Shown: positions 52,793 to 63,249 of the stretch, piece after piece
Position numbering within the stretch: position 1 is the first letter of the stretch
Layout: each line of letters begins with the position of its first letter
NCBI GenBank assembly: GCA_963849325.1
Contig: CAWKHF010000007.1
Coordinates: 224,001-288,000, forward strand
Source of the DNA: an uncultured Planctomycetota bacterium
Lineage (GTDB): Bacteria > Planctomycetota > Planctomycetia > Gemmatales > Gemmataceae
DNA length: 64,000 bases
Reading direction: 5' to 3'
The notes under the pieces: model-generated
Database searches by the model: none
What the model was told of the DNA's origin: nothing
What the model saw: only the letters and a program-made list of their open reading frames with translations
Position numbers and translations under genes: made by a program

Positions 52793-53647
52793 TCATCCTT
52801 TCCCGATTACGGAACCTCGCTCACACGACGGTCTCTGTTCGCCCTCACGTAGCTCGAACCGCAACTCTCTCCCCGGCGCCGCCGCGAAGGCGGCACGGAA
52901 ATCGTCATTGCTTTGGTAGTCCCGATCCGGCACGACGCAGGCACGCACCGAGACAAGCAGGGGACAGCGATCGAAAGGATACGGCGTCACGGCCACCGTC
53001 TGGTCCGCGATCGGCCGAAGTACCAACTGCGTCTCGCCGCCCTCGTAATCGCGGGGCACCGGCTCCAGCGTGGCCGGTCGCGGCGGCGCCGTGCAGAAGT
53101 ACAGCGACAGTCGATCGAACACTTGCAGCAGCTTGTAATTGCACCACAGCGGCCGCTCCTCCAGCCATGCCAGAGCCACACCACGATGAGGCAGGTCTCG
53201 CCGCAGTGCCGCCTGCTGCGCCTGCAACTCATCGAGAAATCGGCGCTGCATGTCCTCTTCCTCGGCGGAGAGCGTCTTGGCCGTCATCTGCCGGTCGGTG
53301 CCGAAGCGCATCTGGTACAGCCCGGCCAGGTGCATGGTGGTGAGTAGACCGGCGTAGGGATCCCGGGCCAGCACGCGGTCGATGCCGGTCCGGTAGAAAC
53401 CGACGTGCTCGGCGATCGGCATGGCGGTGAACTGGTACGGCCGGCGCGTGGACGGGTCGATGCGCGGCGCTGCCTCCCACGACAGCCAGCCGTCGTCGTG
53501 GTGAGTAGCGGCGATGAGCAAGGGTTCGCGCGGAGACGGAGTGGCGAAGGCGGCGTTGCCCCAATGCTCGGCGAAGACACCGGCCAAAGCGGCGTGGTCG
53601 GTCTGCCGGATCAGCAGTAGCTGTCCGTCGCGGGCTTGCACGATCAT
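52793..53647 (-). CDS. DUF3891-like protein
   Basis: MIV...LIRQTDHAALAG...WGN, HHDDGW, F..MP, DPYAGLL..MH, DRLSLYFC, PYPF. Confidence 0.75.
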   Translation of the reverse strand: MIVQARDGQLLLIRQTDHAALAGVFAEHWGNAAFATPSPREPLLIAATHHDDGWLSWEAAPRIDPSTRRPYQFTAMPIAEHVGFYRTGIDRVLARDPYAGLLTTMHLAGLYQMRFGTDRQMTAKTLSAEEEDMQRRFLDELQAQQAALRRDLPHRGVALAWLEERPLWCNYKLLQVFDRLSLYFCTAPPRPATLEPVPRDYEGGETQLVLRPIADQTVAVTPYPFDRCPLLVSVRACVVPDRDYQSNDDFRAAFAAAPGRELRFELREGEQRPSCERGSVIGKG

Positions 53648-53769
53648 GAAAGGCTCCCGGCCAGCAAAGGACAGGCGAGACGTACCGCCGTCGATTATAC
53701 CGCGCTCCGGGAGCTAGAGGGGGCCGCCGACGGCCGGACGCCCATACGTCCGGCCGTCGGCGGCTCGCC

Positions 53770-54180
53770 TCATCGGCGCTTGAACGTCAGCGCGAAATCG
53801 TCGAACTGAAGGGCCTTGTGGCCGTTGCCCGAGTCGGCGAAGAACTGCTCGAACAGATCGCGGACGTGAGCGGAGGCCAGGTGGTAGTAGTTGTGTTTGC
53901 CGTCGCGGCGGAAGCCGACCAGGCCGACCATGCGCATCAGCGTCAAGTGGTGGCTGACGGCCGGCTGCGACTGGCCGAGCAGGTCGCACAGGGCCGAGAC
54001 GTGCAGTTCGCTGTCCTGGGCCAGGGCCAGGACGATCTTCAGGCGCGACGGGTCGGCCAGCAGCTTGAAAACGGCGGTCAGACGCGCGATGGTCTCGTCG
54101 GAGACCTGGATCGGCGACGACGACGACGATGTCGCGGCCTTGGGTGAACGGGATCGGACGACGGTGGCGTTACTGGTCAA
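53770..54180 (-). CDS. ArsR/SmtB family transcriptional regulator
   Basis: FKLLADPSRLKI, SQPAVSHHL, RRDGKHNYY; TTG start after GGAGG. Confidence 0.9.
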   Translation of the reverse strand: MTSNATVVRSRSPKAATSSSSSPIQVSDETIARLTAVFKLLADPSRLKIVLALAQDSELHVSALCDLLGQSQPAVSHHLTLMRMVGLVGFRRDGKHNYYHLASAHVRDLFEQFFADSGNGHKALQFDDFALTFKRR

Positions 54181-54436
54181 GTTGAATCCTCCCACGTACC
54201 GCGTGTCCGCCGGCGGAAACTTGCACGGTCGCATCCATTCACTCCGAAGGTGCAAGAACGATCCGACAGACGAGCGCGGCCCCCGATGAGTACTTGCGTC
54301 CCGGCGTGGAACGGAGCGGTGACACCGAATCGTCTCTCCCTTTCCTCGCCGTCTGCTTTTACGAGTCAGCTAGTAGAATATCAAGGGATTCACGTGCGTC
54401 AAATAAATTCCTGTGAATTTCTTCACGCTCCGCCGT

Positions 54437-55330
54437 TCACGCCGACAAACCGTAGGCGCGGAGGGTCTGGGCGACGCGCGCCTCGCCGGCGGCGTCGGGG
54501 GGACACAAGGGCAGGCGCAGCTCGCCGTTGCCGCGACCGAGTATTTTCAGGGCCGTTTTCACGGGGATGGGATTGGTGGCCACGCCGAGCATATCGCGGC
54601 AAAGCAGGAACAGACGACGGTGCCACTCCAGCGCCTCGGCCGGTCGGCCGGCGTCGTGGGCGGCGACCAGCGCCTTGAGGTCGCGCGGCACCAGGTTGCC
54701 GACCACCGACACGACGCCGCGGCCGCCGATGCTCATCAGCGGCAGCGTCAGGCTATCGTCGCCGCTGAGGATGGTCAGGTCGCACAGCGAGGCGATGTGC
54801 GACGCCTGGTCGAGCGAACCCGTCGCCTCCTTGATGGCGACGATGCTCGGCAGCTGGGCCAAGCGGGCGATGGTCTCGGGCAGGATGTTCGACGCGGTTC
54901 GAGCGGGGATGTTGTAGAGCACGATCGGCAGGTCGCACGCCTCGGCCACGGCGGCAAAGTGGCGATAATAACCTTCCTGCGTCGGCTTGTTGTAGTACGG
55001 CCCGACCATGAGAGCACCGTCGGCGCCGGTTCGCTGAGCGAAGCGCGTCAGACGGATGGCCTCGCGCGTGCTGTTGGAGCCGGTGCCGGGCACGACCTTG
55101 ATGCGTCCGGCGGCCTGCTCGACCACGGCGGCGATGACGCGCTCGTGCTCGTCGTGGTCCAGCGTCGGCGATTCGCCGGTAGTGCCGACCGGCGACAAAC
55201 CATCAGTCCCCTGCTCGACGTGCCAGTCCACCAGCCGGCGCAGGGCGGCAAAATCGATGTCGCCATCACGGAACGGCGTCACCAATGCCACCGTCACACC
55301 GGCGAACCGTTCCCCTTTGGTCTTCTTCAT
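54437..55330 (-). CDS. dapA: 4-hydroxy-tetrahydrodipicolinate synthase
   Basis: [52 protein letters not shown]. Confidence 0.96.
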   Translation of the reverse strand: MKKTKGERFAGVTVALVTPFRDGDIDFAALRRLVDWHVEQGTDGLSPVGTTGESPTLDHDEHERVIAAVVEQAAGRIKVVPGTGSNSTREAIRLTRFAQRTGADGALMVGPYYNKPTQEGYYRHFAAVAEACDLPIVLYNIPARTASNILPETIARLAQLPSIVAIKEATGSLDQASHIASLCDLTILSGDDSLTLPLMSIGGRGVVSVVGNLVPRDLKALVAAHDAGRPAEALEWHRRLFLLCRDMLGVATNPIPVKTALKILGRGNGELRLPLCPPDAAGEARVAQTLRAYGLSA

Positions 55331-55491
55331 GTGTACATTCTCCGATGCTTCCAGACGCGAAGCCGCCAGCGGCCCCTGGAGCCTTTTTACCGAAATCCGC
55401 AAGAAGACAACGGCACGAACGAATAGAATAATGGAAAGGCCGCGCGGAAACCGCTCCTCGCGCCGCCGCCGGAGGTCCGGAGACGAGGACG

Positions 55492-55910
55492 ATGCTGGAA
55501 CAACTGGTCTACACGGTCGAGTCGGGTCTGGCGGACCTGGGCCGTCGTCTGCTGCGTCCCAGTCGCGCGAACAGTTGCAGGACGACATCGACCGCCTGAG
55601 CGAACAGCTGCTCCAGCACCGTGCCGAGCTGACTCGGACGCGGATGGAACTCGGGTCCGTCAAGCGTCGCCTGCGCGACAACCCGACCGCCGCCGCCCTT
55701 CTCCACTCGCGCATCGAGATGGCCGTCCGCAACCGACAGACAGATCGAGCCTGGCAGCAGGCCATCGAGCTGGATCAGCTCCGGCAAACGCTTGCTTCCG
55801 ACCAGGATGCTTGCCCGCGCCTGGAGCAACGGTGCTGGAGCCTGCAATTCCTCGTTCGCCAGCTTGAGCGGCGACTGGCCCGCGTGCAAGAACAGCTCTA
55901 CCCGTACTGA
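55492..55910 (+). CDS. Coiled-coil hypothetical protein (PspA-like); probable frameshift near 55565
   Basis: GAGGA SD + ATG at 55492; heptad-rich helical sequence. Confidence 0.55.
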
Positions 55911-55926
55911 GCCGATCCAGGTGCCG

Positions 55927-56607
55927 ATGCTCCCCCTCCCCCCCGTTGTCTTCTTCGATGCCGTTGGTACTCTCCTTCATCCCGAGCCGTCCGCTGCCGC
56001 CGTGTACGCGGCGGCCGGACGACGTTTCGGCAGCCGGCTCGACGAAGCCATCCTCATGGACCGTTTTCGCACCGCCTTTCGCCGCCAGGAAGAGGCGGAT
56101 CGCGCCGACGGCCTGCGCACCGATGAGGCCCGCGAGGTCCGGCGCTGGCGGGCCATTGTCCGCGAAGTGCTCGATGACGTGGCCGACCTCGAAGCGTGCT
56201 TTCAGGAACTCTACGCTCACTTCGCGCGGCCGCCAGCCTGGCGCTGCCTGCCGGAGACGGCCGACGTGCTGGCCGATCTGTCCGCTCGCGGTCACGTGCT
56301 CGGCATCGCCTCGAACTTCGACCACCGTCTGCGCGGCCTGGTCGAAAGTATTCCCGCGCTGCAGCCGATCCGACATCTTATCCTTAGCTCGGAGATCGGT
56401 TGGCGCAAGCCGGCCGCGACGTTCTTCGCCGAGATGTGTCGCCGCGCCGCTTCGCCTCCCGAGCAGGTCCTGTACGTCGGCGATGACCCGATCAATGACT
56501 ACGAGGGTGCCCGAGCCGCGGGTTTGCGCGTGATGTTGCTCGACCCTACTCGACGCGCCTCGGTGCCTGTGGAAGCGGTCCTCCCGTCGCTGACCGATCT
56601 GATGTAG
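55927..56607 (+). CDS. HAD-IA family hydrolase
   Basis: FFDAVGTL, ASNFD, SSEIGWRKP, YVGDDPINDYEGA. Confidence 0.92.
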   Translation: MLPLPPVVFFDAVGTLLHPEPSAAAVYAAAGRRFGSRLDEAILMDRFRTAFRRQEEADRADGLRTDEAREVRRWRAIVREVLDDVADLEACFQELYAHFARPPAWRCLPETADVLADLSARGHVLGIASNFDHRLRGLVESIPALQPIRHLILSSEIGWRKPAATFFAEMCRRAASPPEQVLYVGDDPINDYEGARAAGLRVMLLDPTRRASVPVEAVLPSLTDLM

Positions 56608-56709
56608 AGGCAAGCCGCCGCATCTCCGCTGGGTCACGAACGCGCAGCCGTTTTCCAAAATGCGCTCTTTCTCCCATTCCCGAACGAAGACATGCAATTG
56701 CCGGCAGAC

Positions 56710-56810
56710 GCAAACCGGCGACCGGGCGGGATTTCGCTTGACGGGGAATCGCCCTGAGCTTGAGATAGCGGTGTTAGGATGCGCCGGCGCCCTCGAAGAA
56801 TGAGTTCGGC
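56710..56810 (+). repeat. About 100-bp direct repeat, copy 1 (promoter/attI-like)
   Basis: Aligns with 58085-58184; contains TTGACG and two GTT boxes. Confidence 0.85.
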
Positions 56811-56885
56811 GAAGAGGAGGCGACATGGGCGTATGCGGCTGGCGACTCGGCTCGCATCTGTGCCGCTTGGAAATTGGGGGAGCGG

Positions 56886-57182
56886 ATGTCGGTAGCACCG
56901 GAACCTTACTTGTCGGCCTGCCTGACGGTCCTCTACCGCGCCACCGTCGCCTGCCGCATGTGGGGCTGGTCCGGACGAGTTTCGCCGGAGCACCTGGCGG
57001 ATCTGATGGACGCCATCCACAATATCCCGGAGTTGGTCCAGCATTGGGAGCGCTGTGACGTGGAGTTTCTGCGGACAGCCTTCCTCCGAGTTTACGAGCA
57101 AAAGTGGCTTGGCCGGGGTGGCTTGGCTCTCTGCCAGATCTTTGACGACATAATCGCCCAAGGAGAGGTCAACGCCGAATAA
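56886..57182 (+). CDS. Small hypothetical protein
   Basis: GGGAG SD; LADLMDAIHNIP motif; followed by an attC-like arm. Confidence 0.6.
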   Translation: MSVAPEPYLSACLTVLYRATVACRMWGWSGRVSPEHLADLMDAIHNIPELVQHWERCDVEFLRTAFLRVYEQKWLGRGGLALCQIFDDIIAQGEVNAE

Positions 57183-57316
57183 GGCGCTGCGGCAGACCGA
57201 CCACGCGACCAACCGTATCTTGATGGGCTTGTCAGCGACCTGCCGAAACGGAGCAGACAGGAGCGCAGGTGACCCGCTACGCTGGAGGTGCCTTACCACC
57301 GTCGTCGGAGGTGCTC

Positions 57317-57631
57317 ATGAAGGACTCGTTGGTTACCTTATCCTGGCCGGTCATTCCGCCCGAAGTTGAGAAATTCGCCGTCGAGAAGGGGGTCAGCCGA
57401 TACCTGAACGCGGTGATTGACCTGGCCCGGCAAGCTTTCCCTTCGTCGATCCTGTTCGTGTCTCTGGGACAAGATGCCGAAGACGAAAGGCATCAGTACA
57501 TTGCCCTCAACGTCGAGGTCGGCGGCCAGGCAAGCGAGAAGTTGCTAGCCGGGCAGCGAACTTGGTCCGCGGGGATCCGTCACGTTTGCCCGTCACGTCA
57601 TGCCGTCTGCTTTGTACTGGGTTGGCGATGA
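57317..57631 (+). CDS. Hypothetical protein, probable partner (antitoxin) of the HEPN protein
   Basis: GGAGG SD; ATGA coupling to the HEPN gene. Confidence 0.6.
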   Translation: MKDSLVTLSWPVIPPEVEKFAVEKGVSRYLNAVIDLARQAFPSSILFVSLGQDAEDERHQYIALNVEVGGQASEKLLAGQRTWSAGIRHVCPSRHAVCFVLGWR

Positions 57632-58066
57632 ATTGGCGTGACTTTCTGCTACTGGCTACTCGATTGGCCGCGGGAACCACTGAGGCGGACTGGCGAACCG
57701 CCGTCAGCCGAGCTTACTACGCGGCCTTCCATGTCGCCCGGACCCTTGTTTGCCGATTTGAAGTTTACCGTACCCCGAGCCGACCGGGCGCATCAGTACC
57801 TTGTGTTTCGCCTCGCCAACAGTGGCGAGGCCGCCGTGGAACAGGCGGGGCGCGACTTGGACACGCTCCGGCGGTTGCGGAAACGTGCGGACTACGACGA
57901 GATTCCTGCACTCACGCAACCCCAAGCTGTCGCTGCCGTTCAGGTCGCCGAAGGCATTATCCAGGTGCTCGACGCCGCCCGGCAGGAGCCGGCCCGCACC
58001 CGGATCAGGGATGACAGGATCGTCTACGAGCGTGACGTGCTCCACGACGTTACCTGGCAGCCCTAG
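57628..58066 (+). CDS. HEPN domain protein (frameshift near 57745)
   Basis: DFLLLA..L, RTAVSRAYYAAFH, LRRLRKRADY. Confidence 0.85.
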
Positions 58067-58084
58067 CGGCAGGGAATGAGGATG

Positions 58085-58184
58085 GCAAACCGGCTGACCG
58101 GCGGGGATTTCGCTTGACGGAGAATCGCCCTGAGTTTGAGATAGCGGTGTTCGGGCGCGCCGGCGTGCGAAGAATGAGTTCGAC
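58085..58184 (+). repeat. About 100-bp direct repeat, copy 2
   Basis: Aligns with 56710-56810. Confidence 0.85.
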
Positions 58185-58194
58185 GGAGCCTCAC

Positions 58195-59004
58195 ATGAAA
58201 TTCGCGTATGCTCTCCCACGTCGGTGGATGGGCTTCGCCGTCATCCTTGTTGTTCTCACACGCCTCCTGACAGTCGTTCGCGGTGAGGTTTCGGGGAGCG
58301 AGAAGCGGGAAGCCGATGCCAAGCGCGCGGCCGAGATGGTGAATGCAATCGTGAACCGCAATAAGGCGCCCAAGTTGGTGAAGTGGCGAGGCGATATTAC
58401 TTCATGGGCAGCATTCTTCCCCGAAGATCACGATTGGAAGTAGGAGGCGCGAGTTCACAAAGCGATATCTCAACTGGAAAGGGATCAGACCGAAGAGGTC
58501 TGGGAAGAACTGGTGAAACGAACGGGTGATCGGCACTATAGCGAAACGGTCACGAGCGTGAAGACGGGGGATGCGTATATCGAAGATGTCGGGACCATCT
58601 GCGCGTGGCTTGCCCACTCGCGCCTCATCGGTGTGTTCTGGCAGCACTTGCCGCTTAGCCCATTCAAGGATGGCGAGACACTCTCGCTGGATGTCGGTAT
58701 CGGCGATCTATCCAGGTGGCGCGAGCAACGGGCCGCAAAGTCGCTCTACGAGCTACAGATTGAAGTATGCGAGAGAGCGAACAAAGTTCTGGCGAAAGTG
58801 GAGGAGGTTCCGCAAGCGGAGAAGGAGCAGGCGCGGAAAAAGATCGAGGCCGAGATAGTGAAGCTGAAAAAGACCAAACAGCCCGTCCATATTCAGGGTG
58901 GTCACAGTTATCGAGAGCGCGGCGTGTACAACGCCGAACTTGCCAAACGGGTTCGCGACGGAGTCAAGAGCGGTAAGTATGGCCGCTTGGGCATCATCAA
59001 GTAA
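58195..59004 (+). pseudogene. Exported hypothetical protein interrupted by an in-frame TAG at 58441
   Basis: ORFs 58114..58443 and 58513..59004 share a frame; the sequence between them is open. Confidence 0.65.
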
Positions 59005-59102
59005 GATGATCGCTCGACATCGATGAGGTGTGAGATTCCATCGTCCGCCGCATCGGCTATACTGGTGTGAGATAAAACGGCTGGCCTTGTGAGGATCGAC
59101 TT

Positions 59103-59600
59103 ATGACGGCGGCAGCAGCGGCCCTTGACTTAAGCGTGTTGTACGAGCGGGACGAGACAGCGTGGTTGGAGGCCATGTCGTCCCTGGCGGCCAGCGGGCG
59201 GTACGCCGAGATAGATTACCGGCACCTGAGCGAGTATCTGGCAGACATGGCCAAGCGCGATCGGCGAGAAGTGTTCAGTCGGCTGGTTGTACTCCTGTCC
59301 CATCTGCTGAAATGGGAACATCAACCGGAACGCCGATCCGGTTCGTGGCGGGGCACGATTCGAGAGCAAAGGCGTGAGTTGCGGCAACTGCTGGAGAGTG
59401 GCACCCTGCGTAACCATGCGGAGGCGGTTCGGGCAGACGCTTACGCAGAGGCAAGGCGCCAGGCGGCTGACGAAGCGGAGCTGAGCCTGGACGTGTTTCC
59501 TTCCGAGGACAGGCGGGGCTTGGATGAATTGTTGGCGGAGCCAGACGTTCGAATCCGGCGCTGCAGATGTAACGTTCAATGTCAAGTCCCGTCCCCGTGA
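59103..59600 (+). CDS. DUF29 family protein
   Basis: LYERDETAWL, LLSHLLKWEHQP..RSGSW..TIREQR, AYAEARRQA. Confidence 0.88.
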   Translation: MTAAAAALDLSVLYERDETAWLEAMSSLAASGRYAEIDYRHLSEYLADMAKRDRREVFSRLVVLLSHLLKWEHQPERRSGSWRGTIREQRRELRQLLESGTLRNHAEAVRADAYAEARRQAADEAELSLDVFPSEDRRGLDELLAEPDVRIRRCRCNVQCQVPSP

Positions 59601-61860
59601 TGACGGCCGGTAAGAACGGTTTCCTCTTTCCTGTCTGCGCAATGCGGACGGCTCCGTCCCAAGGGCGTATTCTCTCCACCGACACGGTCAACCGTTCCTT
59701 AACCGTTCCTCTTCTCTGTTGCCGGGCGTGCCGAAGGCTCCAACCCAAACGTCCGCACCAGGTCCAAGGCCGCTTCCCGCAGCGACAAGCCATGCAACGC
59801 CGCCCACAGGTCGATCACGTCCCCCTTCTGACCGCACGTCTTGTCGAAGCACTGGAAGACGTTGGCCTCCAGGTTGACGCTGAAGGTCCGGCCCCGGCCA
59901 TCGCCGCGATGCAGCGGACAGGCACCGCGACGCTGCGGACCATTGCCACGCAAGCGCGTCAACAGACCGAGTTGATCGAGCACCTGCACCAGCGACAGTT
60001 GCGCCTTGACCTGCGCAAAATCCACAAAGGAACTCTCGCCACGGGCGGCGGTCTCGGCTACGCTGTCGGCACAGGCCGCAGTGACCACTTTCTCAGCCGG
60101 CATAGCTTCCGGCTTGTGGCCCGCGGCCTGGCTCGTTGCTGACATACCATTGTCATCGGATGCAGCATTTACTGACGTGGCATTGTCATTCTCCTTGATG
60201 TGGGCCGGCGTCTGCCACGGATAGTGATCGCGGTCAAAAGGCCGGCCCGTTTTCCCAATGGCGAACACCAGATGCAACAGTTTACGCATGGCGTGGCCGA
60301 CGGCGACCGCCTTGTGCTGGGGATGCTTGGCCACGACACGGGTGTACAACGCTCGCACCGCCGGATTGAAGCGGATGGCGCTCAAGGCTGCCATCCACAG
60401 ATAGCGACGCACCAGGTCATTGCCGCGCCGACTCATGACAAAACGCCTGGGCGAACGCGGCTGGCCGTCGCGGTCCACGCCGCTGGAAGCCTCGATGGGC
60501 AAGACACCAAAATAGGCCACCAGCTTACCCGGCGGGGCGAAGCGATCGATGTCGGCGATGAAAGCTGTCAGCACCGCCGCCGTGACGGCGCCGATGCCCG
60601 GGATGGTGTCGAGGTGGTTGGTCTGGGGCAGGGCGTGATAGGCACTAACCAGCAGGGATTCCAGGCGTTTTTGCCGCGCGCCCCTATCGCGTAGTTGGCG
60701 GACCTGGTCGCGGACCAGCTCCTCGACGGCCGCGTCGTTCAGCGAGGCGATGGAGGTCTGTGCTTGTTGCAACAGCGGCGTTGCCAGGTCATCGGGTAGA
60801 TAGAGGATGGCAGCCAGTGTGGTGGGTCTGGCCTGGGCCAGGCGGGCGGCGGTCGGGTAGCGGTGGACCCGTTCGAGGACCCAGCCGGCGGCGATATCCT
60901 TGGTGAGCAGGGCCAGCTCGGGGAAGGTCAAGGCCAGGAGATGATGGAACGGGTTAAGGAGCCGTGTGCGTTGGCGGACGACAGCCTGGAGTCGGCCGGC
61001 GATCTGGCGGAGGATGCGGAGTTCCAGGGACAAGGGTTTGTCCCTTCGGGGTCGCTCGGTCACGGCATAGCGTGCGGCGACGCGGGCTTCGACGGGATCG
61101 GACTTGTGACTGCCGAAGAAGGCGGCGCGATAGTTTTTGTTGCGTTGCGGATCGCCGCAGGAGAGGGTGAGGGCCAGCGGCTGGGCGGCGTTGGCGGGGT
61201 CGGCTGGCGGCGTGGCCTGTTGGTGGAGAAAGTGCAGCAAGTTGTCGGCATAGGGTCCGGCCACGTCCAGACGCACGGCGAAGTCCACGGCGCCGTATCG
61301 TTGGACAAGGGCTTGGAGGCGTTGGCGGAAGAGAGCGTGGCCGGCGGCAGACTCGGGGAAGGACAGCTCGTCAGCAGCGGATTGGAGATCGTCGGTGAGA
61401 AAGACGGCGTAATGTCCGTAGCGGGAGGTGTCGATGCCGACGCCGATGCGTTGCGGTGATTGCGGCGCGGGAGCTGGCTGCTTTTCTAAGCAATGCAAGA
61501 GCAATTTTGGTGAGGATGCCGGCACGCTGGGTGCGCACGGTCATTGCTCCTTTGCGACCCCAATGGTCGCAATTGTTCCGTGCCACCGTCTGACCCACCG
61601 TGCCTACCGACTACCCTGCTCTCGGCGACTCGCCAACTACTCCTCCTCGGCACTTCAACGCTCGGCTCTCTCCAAGCTTTTACCTGGAATGTATCGCCCC
61701 ACGGCGACCATCGAATGGGCTCCCTCGAAGATCACGCCCAACGCCTCGGTCATGGCCCCTCCATACGGAGCTGGATGCTCCTTCCAGGCACGAGCAGCCG
61801 ATGCGGAAGGTGGCCCACCGAGGAGAGGTTGCCGACTTCGTCGTCGCTTCCTCCTTTCGT
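59570..61860 (-). mobile_element. IS110-family element (ends approximate) with a long upstream non-coding region
   Basis: Recombinase gene; outward TTGACA at 59585-59580 near the right end; about 320 nt non-coding upstream. Confidence 0.7.
59699..61544 (-). CDS. IS110-family recombinase with C-terminal CHC2 zinc finger
   Basis: GIDTS, KSDPVEA, TIPGIG..TAA, LVAYFGV.P..ASSG, LRRYLWMAA-like, AMRKLL; CPLH...CFDKTCG. AAGGAG+ATG at 61544 is out of frame by one base. Confidence 0.88.
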
Positions 61861-61863
61861 TGC

Positions 61864-63162
61864 TCAACTCCTCTTGCCCACGCCCGCGTCCAGCGACACC
61901 GTGCTGTCGGCCGTCAGACTTCGATATAACCGCGCCCGGTCGAAGGGCTCGCCGCGGCCGCCGACCCGGTACAACGCCAACGCCAACTTACGCATCACAC
62001 CGGCCAACGCCGGCTTGGCAGCGCCACGCCGTTGCGCCTTTTGCCGCACATACCAACTGCGCACCGGCTCCTGCCGCACCCAACGCAACGCCGCCAGGTA
62101 CAGCCAACGCCGTACCACGCTGGGACCCCGCTTGCTGATCTTGAGCTGGCCCTGCCAGCGACCACTGCTGCGTTCCTTCAGGTTCAGCCCCATCGCCTTG
62201 CGATAGGCCGACCCACAGTGGTAGTCCTGGGGATTGCCCAACGCCACCCACAGCACACACGCCGTCGCCGGGCCGACCACTGCGGCCATCGCCTGGATGA
62301 CCGGCTGCGTTGCCGCCAGTTGCCGCCGCCGCCGGGCCTGCCGATGCTGCTGCAGCCCCTCTTGCACCTGTTGGGCATAACGACGCAGGCGTTCCTCGTC
62401 CCAGCGTCCGACCGGCACGCCCGCCGTCTGCCGGGCGCTGGCTGCCAGCGCCTCGGCCTTGTCCCGGCGCAACAGACCCTTGCCCCAACGGTACAGCCGG
62501 TCTACCGCCTGGATGTCCTCCGCCAAGCCGCCTGGCCCGCCGTAGCGTAGCAGGCAGCGTCGCAGCACCCCGGAGGTCAAGGGCAACAACGCGGTCGCCT
62601 CGGGCCAATGCCGGCTCCAGAGCGCTTCCAGCCGGCCGTACCACAACTGCGTCTGCCGCCTTGGGCCTTCGAGCCACTCGACTTGGTAAGCCAGTTCCTG
62701 TTCGGCCTCGCTGGGCAGGACCAGCGGCCAGGGCCAACTGCGTCCCTGAGCGGCCAATTCGGCCACGATGGCGGCGTCCTTGCCGTCGTGCTGGGACGGG
62801 ACGCCGTCGAAGATCTCGGCGTAATCGGCGGCGGCCTTGGGGCTGATCCGATGCACCATCAAGCCGGCATGCTGGAGAGCGTGGCGAAGGGCATCGCCGT
62901 AGGTGCCGGTCGGCTCCAGGGCGACGACGAGCTGGCGGCCCTGGCCGAGGCGCTGCCGGGCCTGGGTGAGGCAGGGGAGGTCGGCGGGGTTGCGGCAGCG
63001 CCAGGGGCGCTCGAAGTCGTGGTTGTCCCAGCGGAGCACGCAGAGGATGGAGTCCTTGCCGACATCGAGGCCGGCGTGGACGAGCGTCTCGTGCCGCGGG
63101 TGCAGCAGGCGATCCAGGTAGATCGGATTGACAGCGACGGCGCGGTATGCTGTGCTCTTCAT
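61864..63162 (-). CDS. IS110-family recombinase/transposase
   Basis: GLDVGK, ALEPTGTYG, HDGKDA, VG.ATA, ERSSG, KISKRG, RRWLYLAA, MRKLA. Confidence 0.9.
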   Translation of the reverse strand: MKSTAYRAVAVNPIYLDRLLHPRHETLVHAGLDVGKDSILCVLRWDNHDFERPWRCRNPADLPCLTQARQRLGQGRQLVVALEPTGTYGDALRHALQHAGLMVHRISPKAAADYAEIFDGVPSQHDGKDAAIVAELAAQGRSWPWPLVLPSEAEQELAYQVEWLEGPRRQTQLWYGRLEALWSRHWPEATALLPLTSGVLRRCLLRYGGPGGLAEDIQAVDRLYRWGKGLLRRDKAEALAASARQTAGVPVGRWDEERLRRYAQQVQEGLQQHRQARRRRQLAATQPVIQAMAAVVGPATACVLWVALGNPQDYHCGSAYRKAMGLNLKERSSGRWQGQLKISKRGPSVVRRWLYLAALRWVRQEPVRSWYVRQKAQRRGAAKPALAGVMRKLALALYRVGGRGEPFDRARLYRSLTADSTVSLDAGVGKRS

Positions 63163-63249
63163 GGGGATGACCTTTTGTACGTGGACTGGTGATCGTAGCT
63201 GACACCACAATAAACCACTTTCGAGGCATCCCCATTCTTATAGCCCACT

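Noticed and set aside
58441-58443. Pyrrolysine or amber read-through
   Set aside because: No methyltransferase context or pyl genes; the codon sits in a Glu/Lys-rich stretch of an accessory gene, so a GAG/CAG-to-TAG mutation or error is simpler.
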